A stretch of 63,375 bases of DNA, the filler included, from Basidiobolus meristosporus CBS 931.73 (lineage: Eukaryota; Fungi; Basidiobolomycota), in NCBI GenBank assembly GCA_002104905.1. It is 4 parts of 4 records of this genome, joined end to end, with 100 filler letters (N's around TTAATTAATTAA, not from the genome) between each part and the next. Parts side by side here need not be neighbours in the genome. Positions count along the whole stretch, not along the records: positions 1 to 29,774 come from MCFE01000864.1; positions 29,875 to 39,361 come from MCFE01001326.1; 2 more parts are not named here. One strand, given 5' to 3'. The notes beneath the pieces were generated by a model. It was given only the letters and a program-made list of their open reading frames with translations. It was not told where the DNA came from and ran no database searches. Positions 25,746 to 34,971 of the stretch are shown here, piece after piece; the first letter of the stretch is position 1; each line of letters begins with the position of its first letter. The position numbers were made by a program, and so were the translations under genes.

Positions 25746-28700
25746 CCACCCATGAAAATCCAGCATATCCAAGAATCTTCCTTTGCCACAAAATCTATCC
25801 AGTCCTTGAGAATGCCTGTCAAAATCCAGATCCCTGACTCTGGTCCTGTCCCAGCCCTAGCCCTGATTGATTCCGGTGCTTCATCCTGTTTCATTGACCA
25901 AGCCTTTGTCCAGAAGCACTCTATTCCTGTTACCTTGAAATCCTGTCCAGTCCAAGTAGAAGTTATTGATGGAAGATCACTCTCCTCTGGTGCCGTCACC
26001 CATGAAACATGCTTACTCCAGCTATCCAGTACTGCCCACCAAGAAAGAATTGCCTTCAACATCATCAACTCACCACACTATCCTATTGTGCTTGGAAGCT
26101 CATGGTTGAGCTACCACAATCCGAGTATTGATTGGAAATCCAAGATCCTGTCATTCACCAGATCCCACCAAATCAACTCCATGAAATCTCCAGACCCTGA
26201 TAACCGTGAAAAGACGGTTGCCAACAGTTCAACAGCCCAAGATACCTTGCCAGCTGAAGGAGCCCCCTCAGCAACTATACCAGCCAAGTACCAAGAGTTT
26301 GCCCATGTCTTTGACAAGAAGAAAGCAGAACTCCTCCCTGACCATTGGCCTTATGACTGCCCTATTGACCTTGAAGATGGAAAAGTCCCTCCATTTGGCC
26401 CAGTATATAACCTCTCCCAGCTGGAGCTGAAAGAACTCCATGGTTATATTCAAGAAAACCTCCAGAAGGGTTTTATTCAGCACTCCAAATCACCTGCTGG
26501 AGCCCCAATCCTCTTTGTCAAGAAGAAGGATGGCACCCTCAGAATGTGTGTGGACTACCATGCTTTGAATAAGATCACAGTCAAGAACCGCTACCCCCTG
26601 CCCCTGATCAACACACTGTTGGATCAGCTATCTGCTGCCCAAGTCTTCACCAAGATAGACTTGAGAGGAGCTTACAATCTTGTCAGAATCAAGCCTGGTG
26701 ATGAATGGAAAACTGCCTTTTGCACAAGATATGGTCACTTTGAGTACAAAGTAATGCCATTTGGCCTCACCAATGCCCCTGCTGTGTTTCAACACCTCAT
26801 GAATGACATATTCTGTGAATACCTTGACCAGTTTGTGGTAATCTACCTTGATGATATTCTCATATACTCCAAGAGCCAAGATGAACATGATGAACATGTC
26901 AAGAAAGTATTGAGAAAACTAGACTCTGCCGGTCTCTATGCCAAGTTAGAGAAGTGTGAATTTGACCAGAGTGAAGTGGAATTTCTTGGTTACCTCATCA
27001 GCCCTGAGGGAACAAGAATGGACCCAAAGAAAGTTGACTCAGTCCAGTCCTGGAAAACTCCAAGCTCAGTCAAGGAAGTACAATCCTTCCTGGGATTTGC
27101 CAACTTCTATTGCAGGTTCATAGCCAACTACTCCAAGATAGTCACCCCTCTGACAAAGCTTACCCAGAAGAACACACCTTTTGCCTGGAATGAGGAGCAA
27201 TCCACCTCATTCAACCAACTTAAGAAATCTTTCCTGAAGGCCCCCCTGCTTGCCCACCCTGACCTTGAGAAGCAATTCATAGTGGAGACTGATGCTTCTG
27301 ATTTTGCCCTTGGTGCCATACTCTCCCAGTATGATGAGGACAATGTGTTGCACCCCATTGCATTCTACTCTCGGAAGTTTTCCCCTGCAGAGATCAACTA
27401 TGATATCTATGATAAGGAGTTGCTTGCCATCATTGTAGCCTTTGAGCAATGGAGACACTACCTGGACGGTGCAAAACACAAAATCAAAGTCTTCTGTGAC
27501 CATAAGAACCTTGAGTACTTTGCAACTTCCAAAGTACTAAACCGGAGACAAGCCAGATGGTCACTCTTCCTGTCCAGCTTTGACTTTACTATCACCTATA
27601 GACCTGGTGCAAAGCAAGGAAAGCCTGATGCCCTGTCTAGAAAAAAGGAATATGCCCTGGAAGAGGGAGATGATGCCTGTCGGCAAATGGAACACCCACT
27701 GCTGAGCAAGAAACATTTTGAGATTCTTGCCACCCAGTCCTCAAGTCTTGTCATCCCTTCATTCCTAGTAAGGATATCAGAATCCCAAGCCTCTGATATG
27801 ACTTCCAGCACTGTCAAGAAATATCTGGAATCCCCAGTCGGGCCCCCTCCCAAGTTCCCAAACATCCAGAACCTGCATTTGGTAAACAACCTCATCTACC
27901 ACAAGCAGCAGCTTTATGTCCCAGACCTTGCCACCCAGCTAGACATCATTAAGTCTTGGCATGATTCAATGGCTGCAGGCCACTTTGGTACTGCCAAAAC
28001 CTTGAATGCTATCAAAAGAGATTTCTGGTGGCCAAGAATGATAACTCTTATCAAAGAATACATTCTGACTTGTGATATTTGCAACCGTGCAAAACCAGCC
28101 AGACACCAGCCCTATGGACTTCTTCAACCCCTGCCTATCCCAGAACACCAATGGAGATCTATATCTATGGACTTCATTACTGACCTCCCTGAGTCATGTG
28201 GCTTCAACACTATACTTGTAGTGGCTGACCGGCTGACCAAGATGGCTCACTTTATCCCTTGCTGTAAGAACACTGATGCAAAAGAAACAGCTGCTTTAGT
28301 CCTGAAGAATATTTTCCGCCTTCATGGTATCCCCAGTGATATTGTGTCAGATAGAGGCCCACAGTTTGTGTCCAAGTTTTGGAAACACTTCATGCAATAC
28401 CTTGGTGTTCAAGTCAAGCTCTCTACTGCCTTCCATCCACAGTCTGATGGCCAGACTGAAAGAATCAACCAGATTCTAGAGCAATACCTCCGGTGCTATA
28501 TCAATTACCAGCAAGACAATTGGGTTGATCTACTCCCTGTTGCTGAGTTTGCCTACAACAACTCAAGCCATAGTGCAACCGGTTTTACACCATTCTATGC
28601 AAACTATGGATTCCACCCTCAGTTTGATATCCAGATTCCAACAAACCCAATGAGCCCACATGCGGCTGAACATGCCCAAGCAATCCAGGACATCCAGAAC

Positions 28701-29249
28701 ACCCTCAAGGAAGAGCTATCCTTAGCTCAGGAAAGCTACAAGAAATTTGCCAATCTAAAACGGCATCCCAGCCCTGATCTTAATGAAGGAGATTCTGTAT
28801 GGTTGCTCAGAAGAAACATCAGCACCAACCGCCCTTGTGACAAGTTGGATTTCAAGAAACTTGGTCCCTTCAAGATCAAGAAGAAGCTTAGCCCTATAGT
28901 ATATCAGCTACAGTTACCAGCAAGTATGAAAATCCATGATACTTTCCATGTGTCCCTCCTGGAGCCGTATTGTAGGAACACATTGCCAAACCGGCAAGAA
29001 GCAAAGCCCCAAGCTATCCAGGTTGACCAACATCAAGAATTTGAAGTTAAACAGATTCTAGACTCCAAGTATATCCGGTCAAAGCTGTACTACTTAGTAG
29101 ACTGGATTGGTTATGATCCAAGTGACCAAACATGGGAACCAGCTACCCATCTCACTAATTGTCAAGAACTAGTCACCCAGTTCCACCAACAATATCCTGC
29201 AAAACCTGCCCCAAAGGGAAACAGAGCTTTGCCTGGAAGAGGAGAATAG
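25707..29249 (+). CDS. pol: Pol: protease, RT, RNase H, integrase, chromodomain
   Basis: LIDSGAS; KIDLRGAY...MPFGLTNAP...YLDD; ETDAS...DKELLAI...CDHKNL; H-H-C-C, MDFIT, SDRGPQF, GQTER; C-terminal FEVKQILDS...YLVDWIGY...TWEP. The frame is uninterrupted. Confidence 0.95.
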   Translation, partial: LQCPVALTGLQLDPPMKIQHIQESSFATKSIQSLRMPVKIQIPDSGPVPALALIDSGASSCFIDQAFVQKHSIPVTLKSCPVQVEVIDGRSLSSGAVTHETCLLQLSSTAHQERIAFNIINSPHYPIVLGSSWLSYHNPSIDWKSKILSFTRSHQINSMKSPDPDNREKTVANSSTAQDTLPAEGAPSATIPAKYQEFAHVFDKKKAELLPDHWPYDCPIDLEDGKVPPFGPVYNLSQLELKELHGYIQENLQKGFIQHSKSPAGAPILFVKKKDGTLRMCVDYHALNKITVKNRYPLPLINTLLDQLSAAQVFTKIDLRGAYNLVRIKPGDEWKTAFCTRYGHFEYKVMPFGLTNAPAVFQHLMNDIFCEYLDQFVVIYLDDILIYSKSQDEHDEHVKKVLRKLDSAGLYAKLEKCEFDQSEVEFLGYLISPEGTRMDPKKVDSVQSWKTPSSVKEVQSFLGFANFYCRFIANYSKIVTPLTKLTQKNTPFAWNEEQSTSFNQLKKSFLKAPLLAHPDLEKQFIVETDASDFALGAILSQYDEDNVLHPIAFYSRKFSPAEINYDIYDKELLAIIVAFEQWRHYLDGAKHKIKVFCDHKNLEYFATSKVLNRRQARWSLFLSSFDFTITYRPGAKQGKPDALSRKKEYALEEGDDACRQMEHPLLSKKHFEILATQSSSLVIPSFLVRISESQASDMTSSTVKKYLESPVGPPPKFPNIQNLHLVNNLIYHKQQLYVPDLATQLDIIKSWHDSMAAGHFGTAKTLNAIKRDFWWPRMITLIKEYILTCDICNRAKPARHQPYGLLQPLPIPEHQWRSISMDFITDLPESCGFNTILVVADRLTKMAHFIPCCKNTDAKETAALVLKNIFRLHGIPSDIVSDRGPQFVSKFWKHFMQYLGVQVKLSTAFHPQSDGQTERINQILEQYLRCYINYQQDNWVDLLPVAEFAYNNSSHSATGFTPFYANYGFHPQFDIQIPTNPMSPHAAEHAQAIQDIQNTLKEELSLAQESYKKFANLKRHPSPDLNEGDSVWLLRRNISTNRPCDKLDFKKLGPFKIKKKLSPIVYQLQLPASMKIHDTFHVSLLEPYCRNTLPNRQEAKPQAIQVDQHQEFEVKQILDSKYIRSKLYYLVDWIGYDPSDQTWEPATHLTNCQELVTQFHQQYPAKPAPKGNRALPGRGE

Positions 29250-29770
29250 TGTCATGATCACATGACAACCATGAACACCCATGCCAAGTTTCAGCTTCCT
29301 AGCTCAATTTCTAAGAGATTCCTTCTGGAACCTTCTACCACCTTCCAGAAAGTTCCTGACCATTCCAAACCATTGTTACACAATGGAACATTCCATGGAA
29401 GCTTTCCATCGTATTTTTCATAGTCCAGTACCATATATGGAAATACCAGGTCACATGACTTAGTCACATGATCAGGTGACCCAATCCATTTCCCCATCCT
29501 GTCTCAGTGCCGTGTCATCTATGTCATTATCCCCAGCACCATTGCTGTGCCTCACCCCACAACCCCATTAGTATTAGCTAATATCTCTCGGCATCAGTAT
29601 AGCCAAAAAGTATATATAGTCCTATCCCCCCTTAAGTATTCCTCAGTCTGATAAACACAGGTCTTGAATAAACAGCCTTGCCTTGAATCCTGCCTTGCCT
29701 TGATGGTCCACACCTAAGTCCTTTCCTGCCGTGCCTAGCTTTTCCTCCTGCCTTGTGTCTATTCATAACA
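29250..29770 (+). repeat. 3' LTR of chromovirus (521 bp)
   Basis: Direct repeat of 23869-24389. Confidence 0.95.
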
Positions 29771-29774
29771 GGAA

Positions 29775-29874
29775 NNNNNNNNNNNNNNNNNNNNNNNNNN
29801 NNNNNNNNNNNNNNNNNNTTAATTAATTAANNNNNNNNNNNNNNNNNNNNNNNNNNNNNNNNNNNNNNNNNNNN
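29775..29874. other. Assembly gap (100 bp) with central TTAATTAATTAA linker
   Basis: 44 N + 12-mer + 44 N, identical to the other two gaps. Confidence 0.97.
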
Positions 29875-30519
29875 AAAGAGAAAGGTAGGTGGAAGTGGAA
29901 GCAGAGGTGGAGATGTGCGTGGATGTGGACGTGGACGTGGACGTGGCCATGGTTAAGGACGAACCGACCTGCTCAACACCGTCTCGTTAAACTTCCAAGG
30001 GCGCGCCTTCAAGCTGAACAGGTCCGTGTGGATCTGGTAACCCTTTGCGCTCATGAGCTGAGGGATGAAATCCCCCGACACGTGGTGCAGCTGTTTCGCC
30101 CGACTCACGAAGGTCGGAAAGAATCCCATCTTGCCGATTCCAAGGGAGAATTTTCCCGTGGTGACCATGATCTAATCTCTGTCTTCCCCCCCCCCTACCT
30201 TTTCTCACCGCTCATTGGGTGGCTCCACCTACCAGATTTCTCGGGATCCATTTCATTCCGCCTGATCCTACCAGTAGGTGATCTTGAATCGAGCCTCCCC
30301 GTAGCATTGGTTGCCTGGTCAAAGGGGATCTTTAGTACCAAATGGTTATGTTCAGTCGTTGTGGTGAGCTCTTAAAGGTCTGACATACCACTAATCTACA
30401 CACCGACGGTCAAATATCACCCTGGACACAGGCATCTGGTGAACAGATAATGGCATATAAGGGCTGGTGGCTTGGCTAGGCAGGTTGGATGCCCATCCGT
30501 ACTGTAAATGGGAACTTAT

Positions 30520-31080
30520 CTAGTTTTCATGTTCTGGGTATCTGATATTTTGGTGAAAATATTCTAAGTAAATCCCGACAAGGAATTTGGTCAGTATTTT
30601 CTAGGATTTGTAGGTAGTAATCTAAGTGACTAAGTTGGGGGAATATTTAGGTGGAATTATGAATTTTTACTACAACAACAAGAGTACTCCCAGCAGAGCT
30701 GAGACATAAAAGGTGGCCAAACCAGCAAGTTTTTTTTTGGGGGGGGGTATGGCAACAGAATGCATTGTACCAATATTACAGCAGATGCTCTAGCTTCTGT
30801 CAGGATGCAACAATCTATCAGGGTTGTAGGTAGGTTGGTGGGCAATCATCACTGGGTTGGGTCATTTTTCTCCTTGGAGGTGCCACAATCTTCCCTGGCA
30901 ACCATTGGCTGGTTTTGTTGTAAATTCTTGTATTTACACCTAGATATTCACCTGATTTGGTCACTTGGATAATTGCCTACAGATCTTAGAGAATACTAGC
31001 CAATTTCCTTGTCAGAATTTACTTGTAGTATTTTCACCAGAACACCAGGTACCCAGTGTTGTATCCAAGAGAAAAGTGTA
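30520..31080. mobile_element. Two partial copia LTR fragments in opposite orientations (~30520-30680 minus, ~30930-31080 plus, degenerate)
   Basis: Match to family LTR blocks (GGTGAAAATATTCTAAGTAAATCCC, CTAAGTGACTAAGTT; AATTTCCTTGT, ATTTTCACCAGAA.ACCAGGTACCCAG). Confidence 0.7.
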
Positions 31081-31548
31081 ATAAAACTCTTGAATGGTTG
31101 AACTGAACCTAAGTGATAACTAAGTGCAGAATCTTAGAATTGTCAGTGAGTGGCAGAAATATTAGCAGAGGAATTCTGGTCTAATATTGGTCTTGTATAT
31201 GTTGTAAAAATTTGTAATTCCACCTAAATATCCACCTAACTTAGTCACTTAGATCATCACCTTCAAATCCTAGAGAATACTGACCAAATTCCTTGTTGGG
31301 ATTTACTTGGAATATTTTCACCAAAATACCAGGTACCCAGAACATGAAAATTCTCAAAGTTGACCAAACAGCCCCAAACTTTGCATACATGTTCTTGGGA
31401 CCTTCCTTAACCTATTCTACGTGTTTGTAATGCCAAGATCATGTAAAAGTATAAATACTACTTTTACATTCAATAAATCATTAAGTGAAAACCACATAAT
31501 CTACTTGTTCTCCCAATCACTTCCAATATCTCCAAGACTCTTACAACA

Positions 31549-31560
31549 GGTTATGAGCCC
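31549..31560 (+). promoter_or_regulatory. Half-tRNA-iMet-type PBS of the copia family (also 43614-43625 plus, 53438-53449 minus)
   Basis: GGTTATGAGCCC directly abuts the LTR end. This matches the internal initiator-tRNA-Met priming site type of Ty5 and Drosophila copia. Confidence 0.85.
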
Positions 31561-33044
31561 TAAGCTGTCACTCTCTGCAATGTCCACTACTGCTATTACT
31601 GGAATTTTTCCCTCTGCTGAAAAGTTGGATGGATCTAACTACCAAGTGGGGAAGGTGAAGATGAAGATGCTGCTACAAGAAAGAGGCCTTTGGGATATTG
31701 TCATGGGAGAAAAATGCCCTCCTAAAAATGTGGGAGAGGAAGCCTTAAAGTACCAGAAGAAAGAACAAAGTGCCTTTAACTGCATTTGCCTTAATGTCAA
31801 GGACAAATTGCTAATTCAATGCTCAAGAGCAAAAACGGCAAAGAATGCCTGGAAGGCATTAGAAGACACCTACCAGTCATGTTCAGCTGCCAAGAAAATG
31901 TATCTGAGAAGAAAATTCTTTACTACAAAGATGCTGCCAGGAGAAGAAATGAAAAATCTAATTAACAGAATTACCCTGCTGGTAGATGAGATGGAATCTG
32001 TGGGCATACCAACTACTAATGAGGATGTAATAGTTACCATCCTGAATAGCCTGACAGACAAGTTTCAGGGCCTTGTATCAGCCCTAGAGTCCAGAACTGA
32101 AGATTTGACCTTAAATTACGTATATGGAAGGCTCCTGGATGAAGAATTAAGAAAATCCAGCGCTGTGGTGGTGTAGGGGTACTCCTGGGAGAAGCTACAC
32201 AACTCAAGGTGTGTGAGGTGTCTGATGGGTGCGATAACCTCTGTGTCTAAACTGCTGGTGTCTTTGTCAATATGTCACTATGGTAAAAGCTCCTGCTTCT
32301 CTAGCTTCCTAGGTGCTCCAAGTGTCTCCAAAGGCCTCTGTGTGTCTTGTGCACTACCCTGAAAAGCTCCTTGATGGCAGGTCTGAGATGTACTGTTGAA
32401 GGCAGGTGCAGTGATCAACTGCTAATCAATAAGGTAGAAGTGTTACTGATAGAAGGGATGATTTATTGATGAGGGATTGCTTTCCCTTAAATACTTTTCC
32501 TGATTGCCAAGTGATTACTAATGACAAGGTTCTAGAAGATTCTAGGTATCAGTGGAATTCTTGATGACATCACTATGAGCTAAAAATATGCCAAGAATGT
32601 CCTGGAAGGTTCTAAAAGGCACAGCACTCTCAACCAATCAGGAATCAGTAGTCTGAAACCTGTGCAACATAGAAATACCATATATGGTATTGAAATGGTA
32701 GAGATGGTAACACAGACCTAGGTCATGTGTCACAGGTACTGACGTGGGTACTTGCCTTATATAGATACATCTACTGATCACAAAGCTGAATAACATCTGG
32801 GATAACTAATGCTAATAACTAATCAGGGTAAACATAATATGGGGATAATACTGATAATATGGGCAAAAGAAGAATGGGATAATACTGATAAGATAAAATA
32901 TGGATAAGTATATCATAATGACTATATGAATAAACTTGTCTGTGGGAGGTATGTTTACCCTACCACATCCACCCCCCACTTGAGCTAAAAGTTTCAGGGA
33001 ACTTTTTAGCTAACCACTGTAAGTTTGGAGAACAAAGTGCTCTC

Positions 33045-34901
33045 TCAGTCTTCCTCAATGAAGCCACCTGTCCTTTCTTGAGATAGAAATCTACATGATG
33101 TCATTGATCGGATATTGTTTGAGTCCACACCACAGAAGGTTGCTGTTAGTCCTGGGCTCTCTGAGTATATAGTATACCATGCTGAACCATCTGGGTAGTT
33201 CACTGCAGTTGCTCTTGCTTTTACCTCCCATGGTCTTCCAAGAAGTAATTCAAAGTTAGCCTTTGCACATATGAATACTGGGATCTCATGGGGTATTCCT
33301 TCAATGATGAGAGGGAAGCTGTGAATAATTCCTAAAAGCTTTGATTGCCCTGAGTTGGCATCCTTCATGCTCCAATTGATATTGGTGTCTATGGGCAATA
33401 GGTCTTTGCATGGTAGTTGTTTCCAAGCCACCAAAGGCATCACACATATCTCAGATCCACTGTCTATATGACATAGGATTTCTTGATTATGCACAGTTCC
33501 TGTAGTTGTTGCAGTTGCCACTGAGTAGTAGTGTTTCTGGCTTTGATGCAGCTTACTGATATTTTGGCTTCCTTGAACTGTCCTGACCTGGTTGCCTTGA
33601 GTTGATTCAATTGGATGCTTTCTTATTCTGATATGCTCATCCAGAGTCTTTCTTACAGATGGTGATACACTGAGTAGCTCTCCAACCTTGATTGATATGT
33701 TGCTTCCTAGTATATGACTTGTCAGAGCCTCTGGGGTACCATTTTGCTTGACTCTAGTCTGCATGTGGTAGTTGTTGGCCTTGGCAGACTCTTGTAAAAT
33801 TAATGGGGGTGATGCTTTCTTCTCAATCACAACTTCTGGCTCACATCTTGGTACTTTTGTTGCTGGGCCTGGATTAGCCATTTTTTCAGGATGGTGTCTC
33901 TTTGAAGCATAAATTGAAGCTATATGATCTTGGGCCTCTCTGGGGTCCTCATAGTCAAAGTTCAGAACTTCAGCTGGATCAAAGTAGTCAGGATCTTCTT
34001 CTTCATGGAGGTGAACCTTTCTTGTTTGAGAGGTGACTTGCTTGTAGTGAACTCTCATTCCTCCTTGTCCAAATGCTGTGGATAATTTGTCACCATGCTT
34101 ACTGACTATGTATCCCTGAGGACTATATAGGACATCACCTGTGGATAGTAATGACTGAAGCTCTTGGCAATTTCTCTTGGAATGGTTGGCAGAGTCACAC
34201 CACATGCATTTATATTTGACTTCTTTCTCTACTGGCTTCTGACCATATGCTTTGCTGGCAAGTAGCAAAGAGAGTTTCTCTAGTTGCTGTGTCAGCTCCT
34301 GAATTTGAGTGCTTTGATTGCTGGGATTAAGTATGTCTTGGCTATCTTGGTTTTGTTCTGGGCTTGAAAGAAGCTTTCTGATTGGTGAGGTTTCTTCAGG
34401 GGCAAGTAGAATCTGCTTAGCTAACTGAAATGCAGGCAGTGAACTCATAGCTTTCACAGCAGGATTGTTTTCAATCCTTCTCACCAGGCATTCTGGTAGT
34501 GCTCTGAGCAGATAGGCAGATAAAGTCAGATCAGTGATAATGCCTTGGGCTTTCAGTGACTCTCCAATTTGCTCAAGGCCACTCAAGTATTCTTTCAATG
34601 GTAGCTGCTTAAACTTGCTATAAGCAAAGTTCTCCAAGTCTTGAAGTGTGTAGTCAACTTGTCTCTCTCCATATTCATCAATCAAGTAGCTCTTCAAGAG
34701 GGTCCAATTTGTCAGCATATCATTTCTTTCATATAATGAGAGCATGATCTCATCAGTGCTGTAGGGGGGCATCTCTTCAGCCATAATGGCCTCAGGTATT
34801 TTGTGGGCTCTGCAGAAAAGCTCCCACCTCTTGATGAAAGCTTTAACTTTGGTTCCATCAAAGAAAGGAGTTCCTTGCATTCCTGGTAAAGGTAGATCCA
34901 T
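33045..34901 (-). CDS. Gypsy-type Gag with CCHC knuckle fused to an aspartic protease, 618 aa; no RT, RNase H or integrase
   Basis: PFFDGTKVKAFIKRWE at the N-terminus; CMWCDSANHSKRNC; CHIDSGSEICVM; ELLLGRPW. The stop lies 77 nt before the 3' LTR. Confidence 0.88.
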   Translation of the reverse strand: MDLPLPGMQGTPFFDGTKVKAFIKRWELFCRAHKIPEAIMAEEMPPYSTDEIMLSLYERNDMLTNWTLLKSYLIDEYGERQVDYTLQDLENFAYSKFKQLPLKEYLSGLEQIGESLKAQGIITDLTLSAYLLRALPECLVRRIENNPAVKAMSSLPAFQLAKQILLAPEETSPIRKLLSSPEQNQDSQDILNPSNQSTQIQELTQQLEKLSLLLASKAYGQKPVEKEVKYKCMWCDSANHSKRNCQELQSLLSTGDVLYSPQGYIVSKHGDKLSTAFGQGGMRVHYKQVTSQTRKVHLHEEEDPDYFDPAEVLNFDYEDPREAQDHIASIYASKRHHPEKMANPGPATKVPRCEPEVVIEKKASPPLILQESAKANNYHMQTRVKQNGTPEALTSHILGSNISIKVGELLSVSPSVRKTLDEHIRIRKHPIESTQGNQVRTVQGSQNISKLHQSQKHYYSVATATTTGTVHNQEILCHIDSGSEICVMPLVAWKQLPCKDLLPIDTNINWSMKDANSGQSKLLGIIHSFPLIIEGIPHEIPVFICAKANFELLLGRPWEVKARATAVNYPDGSAWYTIYSESPGLTATFCGVDSNNIRSMTSCRFLSQERTGGFIEED

Positions 34902-34953
34902 GGTCTTGATAATCTGTTCTTTCTTAAGTCTTCTAGGGGCAGTTCAGTCAAAC

Positions 34954-34971
34954 CCCCCATGTTGGGTGCCA
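34954..34971 (-). promoter_or_regulatory. Putative tRNA-Lys-type PBS of the gag-protease element
   Basis: TGGCACCCAACATGGGGG, 4 nt after the 5' LTR, versus the known Lys1,2-type PBS TGGCGCCCAACGTGGGGC. Confidence 0.7.

Larger units (their letters stand above)
23869..29770 (+). mobile_element. Complete Ty3/gypsy chromovirus, 5902 bp
   Basis: Two 521-bp TG...CA LTRs, gag, pol with chromodomain, and PPT GGAAGAGGAGAATAG before the 3' LTR. The left flank is GGAAG and the right flank is GGAA followed by the gap, consistent with a 5-bp TSD. Confidence 0.95.

Noticed and set aside
29819-29830. TTAATTAATTAA palindrome repeated at 29819, 39406 and 55635
   Set aside because: Each copy is centred in an identical 100-bp N gap. 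It is a scaffolding linker with stops in all six frames, not biology.
29923-30375. 150-aa ORF beginning MWTWTWTWPW
   Set aside because: The start is generated by a hexamer repeat and there is no domain. It is not called as a CDS, and the region is reported only as a compositional anomaly.
32820-32930. Short GATAATA/GATAAG repeats in the 804-bp LTR as a possible array
   Set aside because: They are irregular low-complexity LTR repeats with no repeat-spacer periodicity. There is no CRISPR-like structure anywhere in the window.
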